DNA of 64,000 bases, from assembly GCA_043228905.1 (NCBI GenBank), contig JBHGNT010000018.1:6572001-6636000 (forward strand), in the 5' to 3' direction. The first letter of the stretch is position 1. Every line of letters starts with the position of its first letter. Below are positions 1 through 12,705 of the stretch, piece after piece. The position numbers were made by a program, and so were the translations under genes. Below the pieces are notes generated by a model. That model was not told the origin of the DNA, ran no database searches, and was given only the letters and a program-made list of their open reading frames with translations. This DNA is from Azolla caroliniana (lineage: Eukaryota; Plantae; Polypodiophyta).

Positions 1-1750
1 GGTAGTAGTTAATTAGCTACCTCTTAGCTACTTAGTTACTCAACTAAACTATTGTAGTAGCTAATTAACTTCTCAACTATGGTTGTAGCTAATTAACTAC
101 ACGTTAGCTAATTAGCTACTACACTACAACCATAACAACTAAATAGTTTCCCCACTTTATACGGGTTACCTAATTAGCAAAGATGTGACTAATTAGCTAC
201 ACTATGGTCACAAGCAGTTTTCACCACTCATCTAGGAGAGTTGTACTACAATCCCCCAATTAGAATGCATCAATGCGACATGCATATTGAAAACAAACGA
301 TATGGTATGTGTGTTGGCATGGTTGTAGGTGAACCAACAAAGTAGCTGATTTGTCTTCTACACGTAATCCACAAGCAATGCAACGTCTGGTTCTCCTTCA
401 TTTGGTAAGGGAGCAAGAATGTTCAGGTTCAATTCTTATCTGCTCCTTACCATCCCCTCCACAAAATGTAGCTGCTTCTTAAGGCAATTGACTACCTGTT
501 CTTGACAGGAGTATTGTTCCTTCAACGCAGCCGAGAAATTTACCGATTAATTATTCCTTAATAAGGAAGGTACAACAACAAGAAACAAGAATCATTAACT
601 TACTTGTAGCTTGTCTAAATTGTAATTAGCGACAGTATTTACACCTAGAAGGTCCAGGTTCATTGAAAGAACCTAGATCTCTGTCTGCAGTTGAATTTTC
701 CGCTGGGGATCCAGCAACCCCTCAATTTCAAGCTCATGTTGAGCAACCTGTTCCAAATAATGCCTCAGTAGCACATTTTCATGTACAAGTTATTTATAAC
801 ATATTACATACTAGCAAAACAATAGGTACCTAAATCTTATTTATGATTGTTGTAACTGCCAAAGTGACTTTGCTCTCCATCGCAACAGCCAATGTTGCTT
901 TCTCTAGGCACTTTATATACTGACCTTGCCTTTCACTCTAGGCACTTTATGTACTGACATCCAGTCTACATCACTAATCAATCTATCTATTAGAATAGCA
1001 GGGTCAATACCCTCGAGCGACAGACCATATATGTTGTGAAAGTCCTCCTTTCTCTCGCAAAATTTTGCAAAGTTTAACAGTCTAGGGTAGGGAGGAACGA
1101 GCCACCTGAAATAGACAATCAATAATCAAAATTGGTGCTAAAAAAGAATTTTTAATGTGAATTTGGGGCAAAATTACAACACTTTGAGATAGTAATCTAA
1201 AATTTGTAATCTGTCCTTTTCAACATGTATAAGAAATCAACCACTTAAAAACTCAGAAACCCTAATTAGAATTTGTCATGAGAATTGATGCAAAATTACA
1301 ACACATTGCGATAGTAATCAAAAATTTGTAACCAGAAACTTGTAATCTAAAATTTGTAATCAGAAACCCTAAACCACTTAAGGGAAACACAAACCCTAAT
1401 CATCACTACGAAATCAACCGTACTACGAAATTTTGTCAATCAGAAACACACCTGCTGCTACACCCCGATCTTCGAGACATCCTTGTTTGGGACTCCAACG
1501 ATTTCGCCCTATTCGATTTTTGAGAAAGATGAACAGGCACCAAAGTTACAGACAGTTATCATAAACGAAAAAAAGAAGTTTTTTTAATATGTAACTGATA
1601 CATACTTGGACAAGGCTCAACTAGGCCCTGTTGTAGCTCTGAAGGTCCAATGTCGATCTTAGAGTTTTTGTGCTGCTACAAGAGTTTCATCTGCATTCAT
1701 GCTCAGAGTACTCCATCTGTTTGGAGTTCGAACTCGAACTCAGGATTATC
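1..1750 (-). mobile_element. Partial DNA-transposon copy carrying a degenerate multi-exon RING-H2 gene; inverted homolog of 16080-16990
   Basis: The reverse complement of about 1-910 aligns to 16080-16990. Minus-strand 225-480 translates to KKQLHFVEGMVRSR*ELNLNILAPLPNEGEP..CIACGLRVEDKSATLLVHLQPCQHTYHIVCFQYACRIDAF*LGDC, with stops and a frameshift. A TAGCTAATTAGCTA array lies at 1-205. The right boundary is approximate. Confidence 0.6.
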
Positions 1751-1839
1751 AAGAATTTGATGACATTCAAGTCGCTTAGATGATGGCACTATTCCCCATG
1801 TTCCACTACGTAAGAAACCAAAGTTCAAATAAGGTAACC

Positions 1840-2855
1840 CCAGATTGGAAGGTTACACGGATTCAAACATGTTGTCTGATGCAAATACTAGTCGATCCAC
1901 ATCCGGATACGTATGTAGGGGGAGCTATCTCGTGGCAATCGAGGTTGCAAAAGGTCGTGGCATTGTAGACCACTAAAGCCGAGTACATGGCCGTAGCGGA
2001 AGCCAACAAGGAAATCGTATGGATGAAGGAGTTTATCAGTGAGCTGGGAATTCCGCAGGAAGAATTCCGACTCTATTGCGATAATCAGAGTGTCATCCAC
2101 CTTGCGAAAAATTCCGCCTACCACTCGAGGACAAAGCACATCCAACGGAGGTATCATTGGCTCTGAGAGAGGGTAGAAGAAAGGGAGCTCTCTCTAGTGA
2201 AGGTCCACACGACCGAAAATGGATCAGATATGTTGACTAAAGTGTTACCACCCGAAAAGTTGAGCGCGTGCCGACAGAAGATAGGATTGGTGCAATACCC
2301 CATGCCGCAGTGAAGGGGGAGTTTGTTCGGAAACGGGTCCCTCCGAATGGGAAGAGAAGAGCCGAGTTGATGAGAAACCGAAATCGTGTAGACAACCAAC
2401 TTGGAAGACTATACTTGTAAATAGTCTAAATATGCCCTTATGGGCTACACTTGTAAATAACCCAAAAGGTGTACTAGTATAAGTACTTAGGGCAATCATA
2501 ATGTTATTATGATGAGTTATTGTTAAAAGGTTACTTAGAAGGTCGTTGCCTCTATAACTGTGTAACAGTAAGTGAGTGAGAATGAGAGCGTGTGTAACTC
2601 TGTAGTCGTCTGTTGATGAAGTAGAATCTCGAGGTCGTTGCCTTGGAGCTTCTAGTTGTACTCCTCCTTTTAGCATAGTGATTCTGTTTCTCAGGTTTAT
2701 GGACCCCCGTGGTTTTTCCTATTTCGGGTTTCCACATTAAAATCGTGTGTGTTATTTCTGTTTTGCGTACTCTGTTTGAGTGCATTCTACTTTCCGTTCC
2801 CTGCACCCGAGCATTCGAACGAGGAGCCGGTTGTGGCTGGTCACGATTCTTGACA
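1840..2855 (+). mobile_element. Ty1/copia 3' remnant 1 (RNase H, PPT, 3' LTR 2324-2855)
   Basis: Degenerate RNase H (GGAISWQSRLQKVVAL, HSRTKHIQRRYH), PPT TGAAGGGGGAG at 2311-2321, LTR TGTT...GACA. It is followed directly by the pol sequence of remnant 2. Confidence 0.85.
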
Positions 2856-3891
2856 AAAGGCACCTTGAGTATGTGCCCCAAATTTGGCTCAGGTATACCC
2901 CGACTGGAAGGCTTTACGGATTCGGATATGTCGGCTGATGCGGATACCAACGGGTCTACATCCGAATACGTCGTGACATATGCAGGGGGAGCCGTGTCGT
3001 GGTAGTCAAGACTACAGAAGTTCGTTGCACTGTCGACAACAGAAGCGGAGTACATGGCAGCCGTGGAAGTCGGCAAGGAAGTAATTTGGATGGAATTCAT
3101 CGGGGATCTTGGGATTCGACAGGAGGAATACATGCTCTATTGTGATAGCCAAAGCGACATCCACCTTGCAAAGAACGCGGCCTACCATTCCCGGACCAAG
3201 CACATCCAAAGAAGATATCACTGGCTCCGGGAGAAGGTAGAAGATCAAGATTTCATGCTAACGAAGATCCACATGGAGGAGAACGGGTCGGATATGCTGA
3301 CCAAGGTTCTATCAGCCGACAAACTAGACACGTGTTGGAGACGGATCAGACGAATGAGATATCCCATGCCGGAATGAAGGGGGAGTTTGTTGGGAATTTG
3401 GTCCCTCCGGATGGGATCCGGATGAGAACTGAAGGAGCCAGATCGGATGAGCTCAAGGAAGGAACCAGACTGGACTGGAAGGTATCCGGATGGATCTGGT
3501 GTGAACCGGATCCAGGGACATATCTGCAAATATGTTTCTAGTGTGCCTGTAAAGGCTATATTTGTAAATAGTCCTAAATTCATATAAGTATAAATATGAC
3601 TTAGGGCAATCACTTTAGTGAGCTAGTCATTATCATTCTGTTGTAGAGAGAGAGAGAGAGAGAGTTTTTGTTGAAACCGCCGATTGGCGAACACATAGAG
3701 CTCAAGGTCGTTGCCTTTGAGTCTTCTGTTGTACCTCCTTTCTTGTATAGTGATAGTTGGAGTCTGTGGGCTCCCGTGGTTTTTCCCTGTTAAGGTTTTC
3801 CACGTAAACATCCTATGACATCTATTTTGTTTTCCTTTGTTCTTCCATTAAGTGTTTGAGGCTCGGTTGTGGCCAAGCACTATTCCGTACA
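2856..3891 (+). mobile_element. Ty1/copia 3' remnant 2 (RT end/RNase H, PPT, 3' LTR 3388-3891)
   Basis: ORFs 2709-3005 and 3054-3377 (GFTDSDMSAD, YCDSQSDIHLAKNAAYHSRTKHIQRRYHW). A PPT precedes TGTTGGG at 3388 and the LTR ends GTACA. Confidence 0.85.
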
Positions 3892-6236
3892 AATAGTTGA
3901 CTGGGAGATTGAGAATAAGTCTTCAACTACCAAATCGGACCGAGTCGACGCTCAGTCGAATTGACTAGAAGCTGATTCGATCGAAATCGAATCCGAGCAA
4001 GTCGGCCGAGTTAATAGTTGGCAAAATCAAGAACCGCTTGAAGAGCGAGGGGAAACGACCGAATACGGAACCGAATTCAAATCGGCCGAAGAAGTCGAAG
4101 AAGAACTGACCCTGCCGAATGGAGGTCGTAGATACCCCCTAAGAGAAAGGAGGGCCCCCCGAAGATTTCCGGATCAAGAGCGTGTACTACTAACCGATGA
4201 GGGGGAGTCGGAAAGCTTTGATGAAGCCAAGGAAGATACCCATAGCCAAAAGTGGTTGAGTGCCATGCAAGAGGAGATGGATTCTTTGCATGAGAACCAC
4301 ACATATGAACTAACCGAACTACCGAGAGGAAAGAAGGCACTTTGGAATAAAGGGGTATACAAGTTGAAACCGGGGGATGGCAGGAATCTACCCAAGTACA
4401 AAGCATAAATCGTCGTGAAAGGTTTTCAACAGAAGATGGGTGTTGATTTCGACGAAATATTTGCCCCAGTCGTAAAGATGACGTCAATCCGAACCGTGTT
4501 GAGCATCGCGGCCAGCATGGATCTCGAAGTCGAGCAATTGGATGTCAAGACAATGTTTTTGCACGGTGATCTCAAAGACGAGATCTATATGCACCAACCG
4601 GAAAGATTTGTAAACAAAGGTAAAGAGAACTTGGTATGCCGATTAAGGAAGAGCTTGTACGGGTTGAAGCAAGCACCTTGGCAATGGTACCGAAAATTTG
4701 AATCCTTCATGACCGACAATGGGTACCACAAAACGCAAGCTGATCACTGCATATTTGTGAAGAAATTTGACGGAGTAGATTTCCTCATGCTTTTGTTGTA
4801 CGTGGACGACATGCTGATTGTTGGACGGGACCATACGAAGATCCAAGTGCTGAAGAAGGCCTTGAGCAAATCGTTTTCGATGAAGGATATGGGTCCAGCA
4901 AAGCAAATCCTAGGGATGTACATTGTTCGGGATCGAACAAAGAAATTGTTGTGGTTGTCACAAGAAAAATACGTGACAAAAGTGCTCCCGAGATTCGCCA
5001 TTGAAAGTGCGAAACCGGTCGGCTCGACACTGCCGACGAACTACAAGCTAAGCAAAGAACAATGTCCGAAATCGAAAACCGAGAAGGCTGAGATGTCAAA
5101 AGTTCCTTATGCCTCCGCAGTTGGAAGCCAGATGTATGTGATGGTATGTACCAGGCCGGACATAGGATACACAGTCGGAGTGGTTAGCCGATACATGAGC
5201 AACCCTAGAAGAGAGCATTGGGTTGTCGTGAAGTGGATACTTCGATACCTAAACGGCAACTTAAACGTGTGTCTTTGTTTTGGTTCAGGTAACCCCACAC
5301 TGGAAGGTTATACTAAGTCGGACATGTTAGTCATGGAAGCCGAATATATGGCCACAGCGGAAGCCGGCAAGGAAATCATATGGATGAAGGAGTTTATCGG
5401 TGAGCTGGGAATTCGATAGGAGGAATTTCCAACTCCATTGCGATAACCAGAGTGTCATCCACCTTGCGAAAAGTGTCGCCTACCACTCGAGGACCAAACA
5501 CATCCAGAGAAGATATCATTGGCTCTGAGAGTGAGTAGAAGAAAAGGAGTTTTCTCTAGTGAAGATCCACACGGTCGAAAATGGATCAGATATGCCGACA
5601 AAGGTGCTGTCAGCCAAAAAGCTAAACGTGTGCCGACAGAGAGTCGGTTTGGTGACATACCCCATGCTGGAGTGAAGGGGGAGTTTGTTGGGAAACATGT
5701 ACCTCCGGATGGGAAGAGAAGTACCGTGTTGGTGAGTATCTATCGGCTTGGGGCGAAACCGAAATCGAAATCGAAATCGAAAACCAAAATCGTTTTGGAA
5801 GACTATAATTGTAAATAGTCTAAAATGCCTCCTGGGGTCTATACTTGTAAATAGCCAGAAAGTTGCTTTGGTTTATAAGCACCTAGGGCAAACTTTGTAG
5901 TTAAAGTTAATGATCATTATTCAAAGTTAGAACGAGGTAGTTGCTTTGGTAACCGTGAGTGAGAGAGTGAGAGTGTAACTCTGTAGCCGTTTGTTAGACG
6001 AAGGAGAACTTGAGGTCGTTGCCTCCGAGTTTCGTATTTGTACTTTCTCTCTACTCTAGTGATCTGTTTTCTCGAGGTTTGTGGACCCCCATGGTTTTTC
6101 CCATTTTGGGTTTATCCACGTAACGTAAAAAATCGGTGTCTCTGTGTCTTCACATTTTTCTTTCTGTGTAGTAGTTCTTGTTTTTCTACACACAAATACG
6201 AACGTGAAACCGGTTGTGGTCGGTCGATTCCTAATA
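3892..6236 (+). mobile_element. Ty1/copia 3' remnant 3 (integrase C-terminus, RT, RNase H, 3' LTR 5686-6236)
   Basis: ORF 4415-5419 is copia RT (QLDVKTMFLHGDL, SLYGLKQAP, LLLYVDDML). RNase H carries stops. PPT at 5673-5683; LTR TGTTGGG...CTAATA. Confidence 0.9.
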
Positions 6237-7620
6237 GTTCTTTTGGTTTGGCTTTTGGAAAGTCATCACATTTGTTAGATGGTACCAATCTCATTGTTAT
6301 TGCTTGGACTAAGTTCAAGTAAGAGACGCATTTTAATTGCTATAGAAAGGCAGATATTATTCCATCATTTCATATTAATGATGTTGAAGTCGTTGAAATG
6401 GAAGATCAATGCATTGATGATCTTGTTGCTTTGTTATGTAGCTGTAGTTTGCTTGAAAATGCAAATAATGTAGAAGAAATTTGAGATGAAATTGTGGAAT
6501 GTGTCAATGCAAATGCAAATGAATCACAAAAACTTAATCAAAATCTCCTTGAAGAGATTGATGAAGTAATAACACACGCTTCCAATACCAATAAACCACT
6601 TGCATATGATGAAAAGAATTTAGACTCTAAGTTTGTTGAGATGCAAGATATGCATGGATGCTTAAAGGAAGAAGATGTGATTATTCTTGAACTATTGTAA
6701 CATAGTGTTGATAGCAAACTCATGCTCAATTCGATCATGACAACAAATTATTTGAGTTGAGAAAAAGCAAAGCAAGTAAAATCAGATTTATCATGTGCTT
6801 GTAGAATTATTCAAATATCCAAATCTGCCATTGTTTCTAAGCGTATCGCTATAAGTAGGCAAATGGCCTTACATGTGTTTGGTATGAAATAGCGAAAGAC
6901 TTAGAAATCTTCTTCATCTTTTTATGATTTTGTTCTTTTTTTAATGTTTGGAACATAGTTTCAATTTGGTTTGATGTAATTTATCATTAAACAACGTAAT
7001 TTTTTTGAACGGGATTTTGACCTCTGTAAAGCGCACTTAATAGAATGGCTCACTTATGTGGACATGCACTTAACCAAATGGTTACTGTATATCATAGAGG
7101 TAAAACGGCATAGAGAAAATAAGCTACAAAATGTTAACCATAACCTTTCTAATATTCATCAACCCATAACCATTAAATTTTTTCAAGGATGTGGAGTTGA
7201 TAAACATGGACACACATGCACCACTCGGCCTCTCCCTCATTGAATTAGAAACCAAAGAGCACCTTGGATACCAAGTTTCAAAGTCACTCTTCACGCAGAA
7301 GCAATTACGAAGATAAGGGAACATGAGTTACCCCACCTCGAAGCTATGGTGGGGATATCATTTACATCAAAACCAGGGGCCACGCTCACTTCAAAACCCT
7401 TAAACACCATGCTCTGTTTCTAAAGACTTGGATAAAAATGAAACTAGACCAGCACATAGTCATTTCCTTTATAGGACATGCTACACCAAGTAACATTTTT
7501 GTACCACACTAAAACTTTTTTATTTATGTTTTTTTATTTTTAGTTTTCGATGATTGGGTACATATCCTATTATTGTATTCAATTGTCTCATGGACCAAAT
7601 CGGTTCTTAGAAGACATTAA

Positions 7621-8190
7621 TATCTCTCTCTCTTTATCGTAATTAGCTTACCCTAGTGGTAACTTGTTACTCTACTAGAACCACATCTTGGGTTTGAAAC
7701 CCAATTTTTTCACTTCTCTATTGCTTCAAAAATATCTATCTATCTCTCTCTTTATCGTAATTAGCTTACCCTAGTGGTAACTTGTTACTGTACTAGCACC
7801 ACATCTTGGGTTTGAAACCCAATTTTTTCACTTCTCTATTGCTTCAAACATATCTATCTATCTCTCTTTATCGTAATTAGCTTACCCTCGTGGTTACTTG
7901 TTACTCTACTAACACCACATATTGGGTTTGAAACCCAATTTTTTCACTTCTCTATTGCTTCAAACATATCTATCTATCTCTCTTTATCGTAATTAGCTTA
8001 CCCTGGTGGTAACTTGTTACTCTACTAGAACCACATCTTGGGTTTGAAACCCAATTTTTTCCTTCTCTATTGCTTCAAACATATCTCTTAATTCGGTAGA
8101 TGCCACTGCCATTGTGGAATGTAGGAGTTGAACCCATCATCTCCTAGTCTCCATTGAGCAACCTTACCAACTGAGCTACATCCATCTTGG
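7621..8190 (-). mobile_element. tRNA-derived SINE-like element with a 4-fold tandem 116-118 bp 3' portion
   Basis: Minus-strand head 8186-8121 contains A box TAGCTCAGTTGG and B box GGTTCAACTCC. Four tandem units start at 7633, 7751, 7867 and 7983. (CT)n flanks both sides. A homolog lies at 36001-36140. Confidence 0.6.
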
Positions 8191-8229
8191 CTCTCTCTTT
8201 CTCTCTCACTCACTAACAACGTGCATATT

Positions 8230-11200
8230 CTTTTCTACATTCTATAACTCATTGGAAAGTTCTTTTAGAGAGCTTTCTAAGGAATGTTCATTTACTGAAT
8301 TCCGTTACCGTGGCGAGAAGTTATGAGCAATTTCATCCGCAACCATCTTTGCCCCACGGTTCCTCAAATGCAAGGTAGATTTTGAAGCCCTAAATCAAGT
8401 GAAAGGTACATTCTCTCTCCTTCCCTCTCTCTCTCTCTTTCTCTTCCCATATGGTTTGTCCCTACAATGGCAAACACTCGTAAAGCCGCCGCAAAGTTCG
8501 GGGGTATGATTGATAATGAGCCAAGATCACCAACAAATCTTGATTCCAATGCAATGGAAAAAATGCTTATGAGTCACTTGATTTTTCTCTTCAAGAAACC
8601 ATAAACAAGCAAGTGAATAGATTAGGACGTTAATGAAAGAGAATTCTAAGCTCCAAATTATTATCATTGAGAATGAAAGTCTTAAGCAAGTGCTTGCAAA
8701 ACTTGAAGAGGAGATTCAAGAATGTAAAAGAGCTTCTTTTGAAACAAATGGGTGCCTTAACAAGATTGAGTTAAAGGAAGCATTAAAAAAAGAAAAATTG
8801 GACACGATGAGGCGAGATGTAAGTGAGATGAAAAATGTATGTAAAACGAAGTCATGGCCGAGGTATGTGGAGGGGATGTGGTATCAAACTCATCTAATAT
8901 GCACATGATGCATCAAAACAAGAATATAGAAAGCATAAATGTACGAGAATTGAAAGAATGTGAATGACGATCAAAGAACATTGTTGTCCGTGGGATTAAA
9001 GAGGAGAGTATGGAAACACCTGCATCCCTCGGAAAGGCCATTGGTGAATTTTTTAGCATGCATTATGGGATGTCGGATGTGAATGTATATGGGGCACACC
9101 AAGTTGGGAAACATGGTGTTACTCGCTCTGGAAAAAGGCCAATTGTATGCATAATGACAGATGATACAAAGCGGGAGATCATACTCGAAAATAGTTGGGT
9201 ATACCTCAAAGATACGCAATGCTTTGTGAGTGAAGATCGTACTACCTCACAACAAAATGCTCATCGTAAATCATATGAAAAAAGATTGAAAAATAAGGTT
9301 ATGGATGTGCCTAAAGATGGAAATGTACGCAAATAGGGACACATGACCTATGAGACTAACCCATGCATTTTATGACTATGCTTTTGGAATTGAAATGGAT
9401 ACCCATGGAATGCAAGATTTGGCATAGAGGAGTTCACCGATGACTCAGATATCACACTTCTTGTTGAAACATGGGAGCATGATACTCAAAGGATTCAAAG
9501 TTTTGGAAACTATAATGTACACTCTTTGATATGGGAGAAAAATCCAAGACAAAGACGAGGACAAGGAGGGGTGGCATGTTTGATTAAGAAGGAAATACAG
9601 AAATATGTGTCAATCATAAAAAATGATGCGCATAAATGCTACATATGGCTTAAAATAGAAACACCTAATGATTTGCCCACTTTTGTAGTTGGATGTTACA
9701 TTCCTCATCAAGTTTCTAACTTTTATGCTTGTTTGGATAAAGCTCAACCTTTCGCCAATCTAGAAGATGATATTGTTTATTTCAAATCCAAAGGGGAAGT
9801 TATTGTCTTTGGTAACATGAATGCTCATACAAGAAGTTTCCAACTTCATTCACAACAATCTTTCATGCCACATAGCTCAAGTATGAAAGAGGATATGCAA
9901 ATGTCTCGCCGCCCTTCTAGTGATGAAAAATATCCGGACCAATTTGGGAACTTACTCCTACAAATGTGCAATAGTACCGGATTGCTTATTGCAAATAGTA
10001 TTTCCTTATGACCCAACGCTAATGGTTTTACATGTACAAAACACAATGGAAATTGTGTGATTGAATATGTGCTACTTTCTGAGGGTATTTTGGATCGTAT
10101 ACATAAATTCTCACTTGGTGAATGGACACCGGAATCCGATCATAGGCCTTTATGTATTGATCTCACTTGGTTTGATTGTGAGAAGTCTATTGAAGATAAT
10201 AAACAACCTCACTTGAGCATGAATCTTAAGCGAGCGCCCATGTATTCCAAGATGGTTGACGATATGCTACAAATGACAAAGATACAACATGGTGCCACAC
10301 TAGAATGCAAATGAGAAGCTTTAAAGAAAGCCATTCTCTCCTATACAAACAAACGTTTTTCGACCAACCGCAGATCTTGGAAATGCACCAAGAAACTTAG
10401 GAAAAAATGGTTTGATAAAGAATGTCGTGAAGCTCGAAAGTGTCTTATGGTTTTGGATGTAGTTAAGGATAAAGAGAATTACCAAAAGCATTTGCATGAG
10501 TATAAAAGGCTTATTCAAAGAAAGAGAAGAATGTGGGAAGTTACTCAACAATTTATCCAAACGCAAGAGAAAGCACATGCATGAGCTAAATTTTGGGGAA
10601 ATCTAAAGGGGAAACGTGTTGAGAGTTATGGTGACTTTACTCTTGATGATTGTCTATGTATTGTAAGAATTTATTTGAGTTATATCTTGCCAGAAAGATG
10701 ATGTGTTATGTTTCTCTTTCACATATGTGTCCCTTCTTTACAATTGAAGATATATGCATAGGACTTAAGAAATTGGCCTCTCAAAAGGCAAGCAATCTTC
10801 AATGTATAAAGGCTGGAATGCTCAAATGGATGGGAAAGGAAGCATATGTATGGATATGTGATATGTTTAATGATGCATTGCAACATGGTATGTCGTATGA
10901 TTGGACTACAAATTGGATCAAACCTTTACATAAAGGTGGAGATGTAAATAATGTAAACAACTATCGAACCATCATGGTATTAATGGCAAAACTATTTGGA
11001 TGTATAATGGAATCAAAGATAAGTGTATAGGATGAAAAAAATGGTAAGAGAGCTTATGGACAACCTAGCTTTCGAAAACACCATAGCACCATTGATCACC
11101 TTGTCACCCTTCGAGTATTAATGGAGGAAAGTCACCTTAGAAGTAAAGGTTTATATTGTTGCTTTGTTGATTTCAAGAAAGCTTTTGATATGGTACCTCG

Positions 11201-12308
11201 TGACCATGTTTGGAGGCGAATGGAAGAACTTGAGGTGCCAATTGAATATACGCTTGCAATTTCCCGAATTTATGAGAAGGTTATATGTTGTGTGCGTATG
11301 AGAGATAGACACTCACACCAACACTATTTGTTCTATACATTGATGAATTGGAAGAAATGGTTACCAAGTTTGCAAAGGAAGAATGTGTTGAAGAAGTTGC
11401 CATTGGGAATGTTGTGATTATGCTTTTGCTATATGAGGATGATGTAGTGCTTTTTGCAAATACTTTAGGAGATGCACAAAAGCTTATGAAGGCATTGGAA
11501 AAAAATTGCATGCATACTAAATTAAGTGTCAATATCTCTAAAACAAAGATTATGCTTGTGAAGAGCCAAAAAAGAGATAAACCATGCATTATGTACAACA
11601 ATGAGCCACTTGGATGTGTGGAAAGCTTCAAATACCTTGGCCTTGAAGTTCCTTCAAATCATAGATGGAATGAATGTGCAAGATATAGAAAAATGGTTTG
11701 GTAGATGGGATGCGAGGCACTTGCTCCATGATGCATCACTAGATTCCTCTATAAATGAGGCCTTTTTGCAACACTAATGTATCATGACATGGGACAAATG
11801 TGGAGGCTCACGCTTCACACATTATACTACACATGTTGCACCTAACTACAAAACCATATTCTTTGCGGAACAGGGAAACCGTACACATCGATACATGTTA
11901 GAGCCCATCTCATTATCTGCCATTCAAACCATTGCTTCCATGCGACTTACTTCACATGCATTGCGATGTGAGACAGGGCGTTGGGGCACAAGTGATGAGA
12001 ATGGTCGGCTATGCACACTCTGCCCCTAAACAAGTTTGTGAGTTTGAGTATCACACTTTGATACAATGCTCTCTGCCTTTGATCATATTTGACCATGCTT
12101 TCCACATCTCTTCGACTGAGCCCAATCCTCGCACGAATTTCTCTCACAACCACAATGTGCACTCTCGATTGCAACATTCATTGGTAAAGTTTTTGAACAT
12201 CGAAAGTCACTACTCACTTTCACACGTACCACGTGAAATGTAATATTTTGTCTCTTAGGCCATATTTGACCTCCAAAAACGATAATATAATCTATCTATC
12301 TATCTATC
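8230..12308 (+). mobile_element. Near full-length degenerate LINE (ORF1 + APE-RT ORF2), non-L1 type (RTEX/CR1-group-like)
   Basis: ORF1 remnant about 8467-9336 (coiled coil; RPIVC..KREIIL..FVSEDRT). APE motifs (LLVETW, GQGGVACLIK, VFGNMNA, ESDHRP). RT motifs (NNYRTI, CFVDFKKAFDMV, LLYEDDVVL, ESFKYLG). C-terminal LRCETGRW..RLCTLC..EYHTLIQC. 3' hairpin at 12257-12272 and (ATCT)n tail. The 5' boundary is approximate. Confidence 0.85.
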
Positions 12309-12705
12309 GCAACATACACATAGTAAACCATTTGTAAACACACATATAAGATAATACAATACATTCTCATAGACACTAGCATACAATATTCAACTACACA
12401 TATGCATGCATAATTACAATCACACATTCACAAACACTTTGCACATACACATATAAACACCTATAAACAAATTCAAAACTACTCACACTCCCCATTATAC
12501 TTTCATATACACCCAAACAACTTCACACCTCCATACTAATTCGCACGTAATCATGTAAACACTTATATACACAAAAACATATGTCTACACCTTCTTTTGC
12601 TATGTACATTCTTACACATCATCACTCCTTATCAGACAAACATTCATAAAATCATAAGTTTACGCACACATTTACTAACATGCAACCACAGACACCACAA
12701 TAAGT

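Noticed and set aside
6240-7600. Short ORFs (6494-6700, 7058-7243) as genes
   Set aside because: Stop-ridden with no recognisable domain. Probably decayed TE sequence that I cannot classify.
7633-8090. CRISPR-like repeat array
   Set aside because: Whole units are near-identical with no unique spacers, there are no cas genes, and the context is eukaryotic.
8121-8186. Functional tRNA gene
   Set aside because: A and B boxes are present, but I could not form a convincing anticodon arm and complete cloverleaf. Treated as a SINE head.
12310-12700. AC-rich strand-biased tract between two LINE tails
   Set aside because: Consistent with a decayed (CA)n/(TA)n microsatellite; no further structure seen.
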